DNA from: Bacteroidia bacterium
GTDB lineage: Bacteria; Bacteroidota; Bacteroidia; Bacteroidales; VadinHA17
Direction of reading: 5' to 3'
Assembly (NCBI GenBank): GCA_026391215.1
Contig: JAPLDX010000091.1
Location: forward strand, 1 to 47,746
DNA: 47,746 nt
Made by a program: the position numbers and the translations under genes. Positions 11,057-19,106 of the stretch are shown piece after piece. How positions within the stretch are numbered: the first letter of the stretch is position 1; each line of letters starts with the position of its first letter. The notes beneath the pieces are model-generated. The model searched no databases, was not told the origin of the DNA, and saw only the letters and a list, made by a program, of their open reading frames with translations.

Positions 11057-13408
11057 TTATTCATAGCGTAATGCTTCAACCGGATTCCTTATTGCTGCCC
11101 GCCAGCTCTGCCAGCTCACAGTTAGTAGTGCGATTAAAAGTGCCAGCAAGCCTGAAAGGACAAAGATCCACCATTTCATTTCTGTCCTGTAAGCAAAGTT
11201 CTCCAGCCATTTGTGCATGGCATACCATGCCACCGGGACAGCAATTAAATAGGCTATTAAAACCAGGATTAAAAAATCTCTGTTCAGCAAGAGAAGTATT
11301 TCAGAGACTTTTGCACCGTTTATCTTTCTTACACCTATCTCTTTGGTCCGGCGTTCCGAGGAAAAAATAGCCAGCCCAAGAATTCCGATACATGAAATTA
11401 TAATGGCGAGAATGGCAAAAAGACTGATTGTGCGGGCGAAATATTCCTCCGACCTGTACATTGAATCAAACCATTCATCATAAAACTGGTATTTCAGAGG
11501 ATACCCTGGTAAGATTTCCTGCCAGATATCTCTTATGAAATCCATTCCTGGCCCCGTTCCGTTTGCAGAGAACCTTATATTCAATGCCGATGGCATACTT
11601 TTGGATGTAAACATAATGCAGACAGGTCCTATGGTCTTGTGAAGGGAACTATAATGAAAATCATTTACAACTCCGACAATATCAAATCCTCCAAAATTGT
11701 TAAACCGTTTATTTTCAAGGTCCTCAAATTCAAAATGTTTGTAAGCAGCTTCATTAATCATACATACTTTATCGATATCACCTGGCAGGAGATTCCTCCC
11801 CCTGATCACTTTCAGCCCGAATGTTTCTATAAATGCAGTATCGACCATGAGGCATGGCACATTGATATTCTTACTTGTATTCTCCATGTTGGATCCCATG
11901 CTCATTCTGATTTCCCCCGGGACACCTGATGAAACTGATAACCTTTTAATGTAAGGTGACTTTTTTAACTCATCCAATAAAACAAATGCTTTTTGAATAT
12001 TATTTTCACCGATGAACGGGAGATCGAGCCGGAGTAATTGTTCTTCATTAAATCCCGGATTTTTGTTTTTTACATACTGAATTTGTCTCTGTACAATCAA
12101 TACGCAAAAAATCAAGACAATTGAAATAGTGAATTGAAAGATTATAAGAGAATTGCGTATATAGTTTTTCTTAGCCGGTGAAAAAGCGGAACCGCTCAAA
12201 ATCTTTACAGGTGAAATCCTTGTCAAAAATATTGCAGGTCCTGTACCGCTGATTAACCCAATAAAAAGGATTGCTGCAGGTATGATAATAATATATGGGA
12301 ATCTGAATAAAAGATTTATATCAACAGCTGAATTAAATAGTTTCTGGTAGAACGGGATAAGGAACCATAATAACAGGATCCCAAAAATGCAGGCTGAAAA
12401 AATGACAATGACTGATTCTGTCAGATAATGATAAATGACATTATCCCGGCTTGCGCCGAATACTTTCCTTATTCCTGTATCTTTATTCCGCCTGGTTTGC
12501 TGTGCTACAGTCAGATTTATATAATTAATCACGGCAAGCGTTAAAATAATCAATGCGATTAACGTTAATAAATTCAATAAACCGGGATTACCTTTTTTTG
12601 TATCACTCCCAGTTGTTGGATCGTGAAGATAAATATCCTTCAGCTTCAGAAAACCTACCTGTTCGGCATAAGGCTTCAGCATACCGATATTCTCATTTAT
12701 CTTCTCAGACAGATGTTCGGGAATCACATTCTCTTCAAGCTGAAGATAGATCTGGAACGGCCACCAGTATGTGCTTGAGTCCCTTGAATCACCAATCCAC
12801 TGGTTAAATTTGAACCTGCTGTTTTCAGCATTCACAAGCAGCCCGGCGCTTAAGCTTGAATTTTCTGGAAAATCCCTGATAATTCCTGATATGGTTACCG
12901 GTAAAATGCCCAGGATCAGAATATCTTTCCCAAGGGGCGATTCTGCTCCGAATAATTTCCTTGCAGTTGTCTCAGTGATTATTGCGGAATTAATGCCGGC
13001 AAAAACCGGAGATGGCGGCTGAGAAACAAATGAAACTGTAAAGACCTCGAAAAAACTGTTGTCAACAGAGATAATATCATCCAGATAATAGCCCTTTTCT
13101 CCACATTTGACCTCTACCGGATGACCGGAACGTAATGCCAGACAGGTGTTTTGTATCTCAGGATAGTTTTTTGCCAGTATATCTTTTACACGATAATCGA
13201 TCTGGCTTGAATTATCCTTTGTATTTATGAGTCTTACGATCTGATCTGTATTCCCGTTGTACCGGTCATAGGAATATTCATTTATCACGAAAAGTGAAAT
13301 AGCCAGGCATATTGAGATCGCAAATGCAAAACCTGCAATATTGATTATTGAAAATTTCTTATTAGCAGTGATATTCCGTAAAGCTATTCTTAAGTAATAC
13401 CAGTACAT
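11057..13408 (-). CDS. ABC transporter permease, MacB/FtsX family
   Basis: 783 aa. INIAGFAFA, EYSYDRY, RRTKEIGVRKINGA, SWQSWRAAIRNPVEALRYE. Confidence 0.93.
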   Translation of the reverse strand: MYWYYLRIALRNITANKKFSIINIAGFAFAISICLAISLFVINEYSYDRYNGNTDQIVRLINTKDNSSQIDYRVKDILAKNYPEIQNTCLALRSGHPVEVKCGEKGYYLDDIISVDNSFFEVFTVSFVSQPPSPVFAGINSAIITETTARKLFGAESPLGKDILILGILPVTISGIIRDFPENSSLSAGLLVNAENSRFKFNQWIGDSRDSSTYWWPFQIYLQLEENVIPEHLSEKINENIGMLKPYAEQVGFLKLKDIYLHDPTTGSDTKKGNPGLLNLLTLIALIILTLAVINYINLTVAQQTRRNKDTGIRKVFGASRDNVIYHYLTESVIVIFSACIFGILLLWFLIPFYQKLFNSAVDINLLFRFPYIIIIPAAILFIGLISGTGPAIFLTRISPVKILSGSAFSPAKKNYIRNSLIIFQFTISIVLIFCVLIVQRQIQYVKNKNPGFNEEQLLRLDLPFIGENNIQKAFVLLDELKKSPYIKRLSVSSGVPGEIRMSMGSNMENTSKNINVPCLMVDTAFIETFGLKVIRGRNLLPGDIDKVCMINEAAYKHFEFEDLENKRFNNFGGFDIVGVVNDFHYSSLHKTIGPVCIMFTSKSMPSALNIRFSANGTGPGMDFIRDIWQEILPGYPLKYQFYDEWFDSMYRSEEYFARTISLFAILAIIISCIGILGLAIFSSERRTKEIGVRKINGAKVSEILLLLNRDFLILVLIAYLIAVPVAWYAMHKWLENFAYRTEMKWWIFVLSGLLALLIALLTVSWQSWRAAIRNPVEALRYE

Positions 13409-13422
13409 TTTTTTCTTTTTAT

Positions 13423-15789
13423 TTATTCATATCTTAATGCCTCCACCGGATTCCTCGTTGCTGCCCTCCAGCTTATACAACTTACTGTTAATAATGTTAT
13501 TCCAAATATGGTTATCCCTGATAAAGCGAAAATCCACAAGCTTATTCCTGCCTTAAATGCAAAATCCTTCATCCAATGCATCATTACAACCAACGAAACC
13601 GGAATTGCAGCAGCAAAAGCCGCGAAAACCCATTTTAAAAAATCCATATTCAGAAGTACTAATATTTCAGAGACTCTGGCGCCATTTATTTTTCGTATTC
13701 CGATTTCCTTTACTCGTCTGAGAATCGAAATTGAGGTCAGGCCTACAAGTCCCATCAGAGCAAGGATAATTGAGATTATTGTCGTGGTGAACAGCATTTT
13801 ATTAATTTTCGACTCCTGAAGATACATGCGGTTAAACGAATCATCAACAAACTCATATTCAAGGTTATATAGAGGATCGACAGTTTTAATTGCCTGAGAA
13901 ATATATTCCAGACCCTCATGGATGAACGATGGATTTAATCGGACATAAATAATTCCCCTTTTCAGGTCATTAAAGGTTATAACAAGAGGGCCTACCTTAT
14001 TATGCAATGAAGCAAAATTGAAATCTTTAACTACACCCAAAACATAGCCTGTATCATTCATTACCATCATCTGGCCAACTGCATCACCCTGAAAACCCAA
14101 AGCTTTTATTGCTGTTTCATTAATAATAAAATTCTTTTTATCAGTTGGAAATGAATTGTCAAAATCACGGCCATAAAGAATGGTAATATCAAATGTTTTT
14201 ATGAAGTCCTGCGTAGTCCGGGTTTGGTTAACCAGTATCTCTTCACTCTGCCGGGTACCGGTACGACTGGCATACTGTCCACTCATAGTCTCGTCAGTTA
14301 TTGACTGAGCAAGGCATACATTCAATATCCCATTTTTTTGAAGCAGTTTATCCCTGATGACATTATAGTTATTAAACACATTTTTATTGAGTCCATTTAT
14401 TGCAACGACGTATTCCTTATTAAATCCGAGATCCTTGTTTTTCACATAATTCATCTGCCGGTAGAAGATAAGCATACATGATACAAGAAGGGTCACAATA
14501 AAAAACTGTGATAAAACCAATCCTTTGATAAAGGGACTTATATGGCCTCCTTTTGAAGAAACACCTTTAAACATTCTGTCAACTGAAAAGCGCGATAAAT
14601 ATAAAGCAGGGTAAATACCCGAGACTATTCCTATAATAGTACTGAGAAGAATGAATCCTGCGAGAAGTCCGGGGTTGAACAGTTCGGAAACAGAAATATT
14701 TCCTCCGGTAAATTTGTTGAAATATGACAAGGTGAAGCTCGTAAAATAAAAGGCAAACAGCAATGAGAATAAAGCTATAAATCCCGCTTCTCCCATATAT
14801 TGTTTAATCATATCAAAACGCGAGGCGCCTGACACCTTTCTTACACCTGCTTCCTTAATACGTGTCTCTGCACTGACAGTAAACAGGTTTACAAAATTAA
14901 TTACGGCTATAATAAGTATAAATATTATCAGGCCCGTTGCAAGATAAATGTTTTGAATATTGCCGTGCGGGACATCCCAGATAATATTGTCGGAGTGGAG
15001 TTCAATATCAGTAAGAGACTGGGTGATCCCTTCTAATTTCCTTTCGGAGTCTTTCCAGAAATCAGCAGCAAGGGCGCTGTATGAATCACATATTTTTTTC
15101 AATGTAATTTCTTTATCGATATTCTTCCTGAGAAGTACATATGTATAAAATTCCCCTCCGGAGTGCTTTACCAGGTTGTCAAGAGAAGGATCATTAAATC
15201 CGCATAACATGTCAAACTTCAAATGAGAGTTAGCCCTGACATCGTCAAGAACTCCACCGACAGACAAGTCTTTCCCCGCGATTTTAATGGATTTCCCTAT
15301 TACGTCAATAGTGCTAAAAACCTTTATGGAAAGCGACTTGCAGATCATTATGCTCTTTGAATCTTGTAACACTTCTGAAGGATTACCACTCAGAACTTTA
15401 AATGAAAAGAGATCGAAAAATGTTGAATCGGCAGAAAGAAGGTGGTTTTTTGTAAACCGGTTATTTTCATATTCAATATCAACAATACCATTATCATAGA
15501 TCCTCAGGCATGACTCCACCTCCGGGATATTCTTTAAATAATATGGTAACTGACCCTGACATAAGGCAATTAACGTGGGATCCTGACCTGGAGAGAAGTC
15601 TTTTCCGAGTATCCTGTAAATACGATCATGTTTCTGATGAAAATGATCATAGCTAAGCTCATTTTTCACAAATAAAGTCATGTGGATTATAAGAGTCATA
15701 GCCACTGACAATCCCAGAACACAAATAATTGCGGTCAGCTTATTATTGAAAAAGAATCTGAATCCTGAAATTAGAAACCTTCTTAACAT
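13423..15789 (-). CDS. ABC transporter permease, MacB/FtsX family
   Basis: 788 aa. ELSYDHFH, RIKEAGVRKVSGA, RRVKEIGIRKINGA, SWRAATRNPVEALRYE. Confidence 0.93.
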   Translation of the reverse strand: MLRRFLISGFRFFFNNKLTAIICVLGLSVAMTLIIHMTLFVKNELSYDHFHQKHDRIYRILGKDFSPGQDPTLIALCQGQLPYYLKNIPEVESCLRIYDNGIVDIEYENNRFTKNHLLSADSTFFDLFSFKVLSGNPSEVLQDSKSIMICKSLSIKVFSTIDVIGKSIKIAGKDLSVGGVLDDVRANSHLKFDMLCGFNDPSLDNLVKHSGGEFYTYVLLRKNIDKEITLKKICDSYSALAADFWKDSERKLEGITQSLTDIELHSDNIIWDVPHGNIQNIYLATGLIIFILIIAVINFVNLFTVSAETRIKEAGVRKVSGASRFDMIKQYMGEAGFIALFSLLFAFYFTSFTLSYFNKFTGGNISVSELFNPGLLAGFILLSTIIGIVSGIYPALYLSRFSVDRMFKGVSSKGGHISPFIKGLVLSQFFIVTLLVSCMLIFYRQMNYVKNKDLGFNKEYVVAINGLNKNVFNNYNVIRDKLLQKNGILNVCLAQSITDETMSGQYASRTGTRQSEEILVNQTRTTQDFIKTFDITILYGRDFDNSFPTDKKNFIINETAIKALGFQGDAVGQMMVMNDTGYVLGVVKDFNFASLHNKVGPLVITFNDLKRGIIYVRLNPSFIHEGLEYISQAIKTVDPLYNLEYEFVDDSFNRMYLQESKINKMLFTTTIISIILALMGLVGLTSISILRRVKEIGIRKINGARVSEILVLLNMDFLKWVFAAFAAAIPVSLVVMMHWMKDFAFKAGISLWIFALSGITIFGITLLTVSCISWRAATRNPVEALRYE

Positions 15790-15822
15790 ACCATATTATT
15801 ATACTGTTTCCGCATTTCGGTT

Positions 15823-15877
15823 CTACTCGTACCTTAGCGCCTCCACCGGATTCCTTGTTGCTGCCTTCCAGCTTTGC
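15823..15877 (-). repeat. Orphan duplicate of a permease 3' end (encodes QSWKAATRNPVEALRYE*); direct repeat of 16206-16260
   Basis: 52/55 nt identical to 16206-16260, including a 48-nt perfect run. The only differences are Tyr TAC vs TAT and stop TAG vs TGA. Confidence 0.95.
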
Positions 15878-15883
15878 CTAAAA

Positions 15884-15912
15884 CCACCCCTAAATCCCCC
15901 AGGGGGGACTTT
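15884..15912. repeat. REP-like G/C-run hairpin, downstream end of cassette 1
   Basis: ccacccctaaatcccccaggggggacttt differs by one base from 18647-18675. It contains the ancestral DUF559 stop codon. Confidence 0.85.
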
Positions 15913-16153
15913 GAATTCTGCTGCTTGTCTCATTTTCTATCTTTTTATGACTGGTTCTATTTTGTTTTCAACTTCTGAGTTTGTAATCCGGATAACTTTA
16001 ATAAAATACTTCTCCATTTCTGCTGAACGGCCATCATCATAGTCTTTCCCATAGTAGCTTTTCATAAGGTGTCGTATTCTCCCTGAGAATTCTGGCAGCT
16101 TCGAAAGTCTCAGGTTTTGCTCCGTAATACATCGATTTTTCAATTTCTTCCAT
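15890..16153 (-). pseudogene. DUF559/Vsr-like endonuclease pseudogene
   Basis: Reads MEEIEKSMYYGAKPETFEAARILRENTTPYEKLLWE, then jumps frame to KDYDDGRSAEMEKYFIKVIRITNSEVEN. Relative to 18653-19051 it has a 134-bp internal deletion plus a 1-bp loss near 15938. The track ORF 15937-16143 is a chimera of these frames. Confidence 0.92.
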
Positions 16154-16176
16154 TTGTCATCTTTTTTTTACTAATT

Positions 16177-16203
16177 AAGCCCCCCCTGGGGGGTTTGGGG
16201 GTC
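16177..16203. repeat. REP-like G/C-run hairpin, upstream end of cassette 1 (inverted relative to 15884-15912)
   Basis: aagccccccctggggggtttgggggtc, 2 nt after the permease TGA. Homologous to 19070-19098 and 41062-41089. Confidence 0.85.
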
Positions 16204-16205
16204 GG

Positions 16206-18557
16206 TCACTCATACCTTAGCGCCTCCACCGGATTCCTTGTTGCTGCCTTCCAGCTTTGCAAGCTTACTGTCACTATCGCAATAGCCAGAGCCAGTAATC
16301 CGGCCAGTGCAAAGATCCACCAGCTCAATTCTGTTTGGTAAGCATAGTTCTGGAGCCATTTATGCATGACATACCAGGCTACAGGCATTGCAATGATAAA
16401 GGCAATAACCAATAATTTTATTAAATCTCTGTTTAGCATGATCATGACTTCCGTCACATTAGCACCGTTTATTTTACGGATACCGATTTCCTTCACACGG
16501 CGCTGGCAGGAAAAAAGCGACATAGCTAAAATTCCAAGGCAACAAATAATAATTGCGCTACCGGCAAACAAGGAGAAAGTCCGTTGGAACCGGAGCTCCG
16601 ACTGATACATGTTTCCGACTGCCTGGTCAAAAAAGCTTACTTCAACAGGGAAAGACGATGAAAGTTCTGAAGCCGTTGTTTTTATATCCTGAATCACATT
16701 GTTCAGGGATTTAAAACTGGTTGTCCGGATTTTTACAAGGCAATATGAAGCATATGACTCATTTCTTATTGCCAGTGATACAATCGGCTGGCTGACAGAC
16801 TTATAATGAAAATCTTTTACTACTCCTATAATCTCAAAATTGCGTTTACCCATTATAAACCTGCCTCCTAAAGGATTAGTGATGTTATGCTCACGCAGGA
16901 ACGTTTCGTTGACTAGAATTTTTTCTTTATCTGTAGAGAAATCATCTGAATAAAAACGACCAGAGACTAAATGCAATCCCATAATTTCAAAAAACACAGC
17001 ATCGGCACTGAATGTGTCAAAATTCAGTCGTTTCTTTTCCCCGTTCAGTTCCATGTCGGCTCCCCATTGTGAGATGTCCTTCCCGGGATAATACTGCGTA
17101 AAGGAAACTACATTGACAGCCGGTTTCTCCAAAAGCAGTTTTTTTAGTACATCTTTCTTCTGATCTATCTGTGGAGTCAGTTTTATCCCGATTATATTTT
17201 CCTGGTTTATACCCAGATTTGTGGAACCGAACCTGACCTGTTTTTGTACCAGCATTGTAAATGCAATAAGTACGATAGCAATGACAAATTGCATAGTTAC
17301 AAGCAGTCCGCGGAACGAGAAATTGGTTTTATCCGGGCTTACAGTATTCTTTAAGTTATCAATAGGTCTTGAGGAGGAGAGTCTTAAAGCCGGAATAATG
17401 CTTAAAATCAAACTAAGAAAAAGGATGCCAGATAAGGAAAGAATTATGAAACCTGGAGAATAGGTTAAATTTTGACTATAGTGTATCCCGGTATATTCAC
17501 TTATTAAAGGTTTAACTGAATTCACAATTTCAATGGCAATTATAAGAGCGACCAGGAAGAAAATGAATGACTCGAATAGCACATTTATAAGTATTGTTGA
17601 CCGTTTAGCTCCAAGGATCTTCAGAACACCGGTTTGTTTGATCCTGTCCAGCCATTGAGATGATGATATATTGATGAAATTTATAAGGGCAATCACCAGA
17701 ACCAGGCCGGCTACCATTAGCAGGAGCATGACTTTCATTTTGTCCCCGCTTACAAGGTAATCATTGCCATAAAGCATGAATTTTGAAAAATAGACTTTTC
17801 TCAGTGGAACCAGCTTTGCGCTTTTATAATCCTCACGGAAGTCTTCCGGGATTATGTTCAGAATGGTTTTTTCTGTTTCACCGGGATTGGCTTTGTTGCT
17901 TAAAAGAATAAAGGTTTGGAAATCACACCATCCCCATTCCGTGAACTCCCCTCCTTCACCCTGAACAATTTTTTGGGTGGCCATTGAAGCAACTGCACTA
18001 ACTGAAAGGCAGGAATTAGCTTTTGGCTCTTTAATTACTGCGCTTACTGTAAGTTCCTGGTTGTTGTTTAGCTTAATAATTTCCCCAATAGCTTTTTCCT
18101 GACCAAAAAGTTTTTCCGCCAGTGTTTCTGTTATAACAACAGTCAATGGTGCTTTCAGGGCAGACTCAGGATCCCCGTAAATGGCATTGTAGGTAAAGAA
18201 TTTAAAAAAATCTTCATCAGCAAACAACAAGTCGGAAGTGACAGGTTCTCTGCCTTCAGCCTGAAATACAGGAGCTTCCCATGTGCCTGCAATCCTGATA
18301 GATGATTCAACTCCCGGCACCTTAATGTCGATATTCTCCTTCAGGACCCCGGGCGTATAGATCCGGTCATCTGATGGCAGGTATAAATAGACCTTGTCAC
18401 CATTCTCATGGAAACTGTCAGTGGTAAGTTCACTGTAACAGTAAGTAGATAAAATAATCACCAGAGCCAGACTTATTGTCAATCCCAACAAATTGATCAG
18501 ATTGGTTACAGGTTTCCGTATAAAATTCCGGATTATGGTTTTAAACAGATATTTCAC
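16206..18557 (-). CDS. ABC transporter permease, MacB/FtsX family (GTG start)
   Basis: 783 aa. INLLGLTIS, RRVKEIGIRKINGA, SLQSWKAATRNPVEALRYE. Confidence 0.93.
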   Translation of the reverse strand: MKYLFKTIIRNFIRKPVTNLINLLGLTISLALVIILSTYCYSELTTDSFHENGDKVYLYLPSDDRIYTPGVLKENIDIKVPGVESSIRIAGTWEAPVFQAEGREPVTSDLLFADEDFFKFFTYNAIYGDPESALKAPLTVVITETLAEKLFGQEKAIGEIIKLNNNQELTVSAVIKEPKANSCLSVSAVASMATQKIVQGEGGEFTEWGWCDFQTFILLSNKANPGETEKTILNIIPEDFREDYKSAKLVPLRKVYFSKFMLYGNDYLVSGDKMKVMLLLMVAGLVLVIALINFINISSSQWLDRIKQTGVLKILGAKRSTILINVLFESFIFFLVALIIAIEIVNSVKPLISEYTGIHYSQNLTYSPGFIILSLSGILFLSLILSIIPALRLSSSRPIDNLKNTVSPDKTNFSFRGLLVTMQFVIAIVLIAFTMLVQKQVRFGSTNLGINQENIIGIKLTPQIDQKKDVLKKLLLEKPAVNVVSFTQYYPGKDISQWGADMELNGEKKRLNFDTFSADAVFFEIMGLHLVSGRFYSDDFSTDKEKILVNETFLREHNITNPLGGRFIMGKRNFEIIGVVKDFHYKSVSQPIVSLAIRNESYASYCLVKIRTTSFKSLNNVIQDIKTTASELSSSFPVEVSFFDQAVGNMYQSELRFQRTFSLFAGSAIIICCLGILAMSLFSCQRRVKEIGIRKINGANVTEVMIMLNRDLIKLLVIAFIIAMPVAWYVMHKWLQNYAYQTELSWWIFALAGLLALAIAIVTVSLQSWKAATRNPVEALRYE

Positions 18558-18584
18558 AATATTCTTTTATTAGTTATTAGTGTT

Positions 18585-18639
18585 TTATTCATATCTTAAT
18601 GCTTCAACCGGATTTCTTGTCGCTGCCCGCCAGCACTGC
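18585..18639 (-). repeat. Orphan duplicate of a permease 3' end (encodes QCWRAATRNPVEALRYE*); direct repeat of 19107-19161
   Basis: 46/55 nt identical to 19107-19161 with no indels. All differences are synonymous except one Thr/Ser codon. It shares the Q-C-W variant found only in that paralog. Confidence 0.93.
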
Positions 18640-18646
18640 AAGAAAA

Positions 18647-18675
18647 CCACCCCTAAATCCCCCAAGGGGGACTTT
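18647..18675. repeat. REP-like G/C-run hairpin, downstream end of cassette 2
   Basis: ccacccctaaatcccccaagggggacttt with a tccccc-aa-ggggga palindrome. It supplies the last codons (SPPWGI*) of the DUF559 ORF. Confidence 0.85.
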
Positions 18676-19051
18676 CAATTCTCCTATTAACTTCATATTC
18701 AATTCTTTTAACAACAGATTCCATATTATTTTCAACTTCTGAATTTGTAAATCTGATTACTTTGATAAAATACTTCTCCATTTCTGCCGATCTGCCATCA
18801 TCATAATCCTTCTTTTGATAATGGATTTCACCATCAATTTCTACTACTAACCTTGCATCATGACAATAGAAATCAGCAATGAAAATGTCAATCGGATGTT
18901 GCCTGCGAAACCTGAGACCACAAATCTGTTTAAGTTTTAGCTTCTCCCAAAGCATTTTTTCATGGAATGTCATATTCTTCCTGAGAATCCTGGCCGCTTC
19001 CATTGTATCGGGTTTTGCTCCGTAATACATCAATTTCTCAAGCTCTTCCAT
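18653..19051 (-). CDS. DUF559 / very-short-patch-repair (Vsr)-like endonuclease
   Basis: ARILRKNMTFHEKMLW...GLRFRRQHPIDIFIADFYCHDARLVVEIDGEIH...DDGRSAEMEKYFIKVIRFTNSEV is the canonical DUF559 pattern. The start at 19051 matches the pseudogene copy; an in-frame ATG at 19114 overlapping the permease stop is an alternative. Confidence 0.92.
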   Translation of the reverse strand: MEELEKLMYYGAKPDTMEAARILRKNMTFHEKMLWEKLKLKQICGLRFRRQHPIDIFIADFYCHDARLVVEIDGEIHYQKKDYDDGRSAEMEKYFIKVIRFTNSEVENNMESVVKRIEYEVNRRIESPPWGI

Positions 19052-19069
19052 TCCATTTAGTCTATTAGC

Positions 19070-19098
19070 AAGCCCCCCCTCGGGGGGGTTAGGGGGTC
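19070..19098. repeat. REP-like G/C-run hairpin, upstream end of cassette 2
   Basis: aagccccccctcgggggggttagggggtc with a C7-tc-G7 palindrome. Imperfect inverted copy of 18647-18675. Confidence 0.85.
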
Positions 19099-19106
19099 TA
19101 TTCATT

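Larger units (their letters stand above)
15878..16260 (-). mobile_element. Putative DUF559 endonuclease cassette 1 (defective), 383-bp repeat unit: gene tail + hairpin repeat + pseudogene + inverted hairpin repeat
   Basis: Bracketed by 55-bp direct repeats (15823-15877 and 16206-16260) and inverted hairpin repeats (15884-15912 and 16177-16203). Same layout as 18640-19161. Mobility is inferred. Confidence 0.7.

Noticed and set aside
15937-16143. 68-aa ORF from the track as a real gene
   Set aside because: It is an out-of-frame N-terminus fused to the DUF559 C-terminus by the 134-bp deletion, so it is treated as a pseudogene.
16177-16203. G-quadruplex function of the G-run repeats
   Set aside because: The G runs are matched by adjacent C runs, favouring Watson-Crick hairpins, and there are too few free G tracts per strand.
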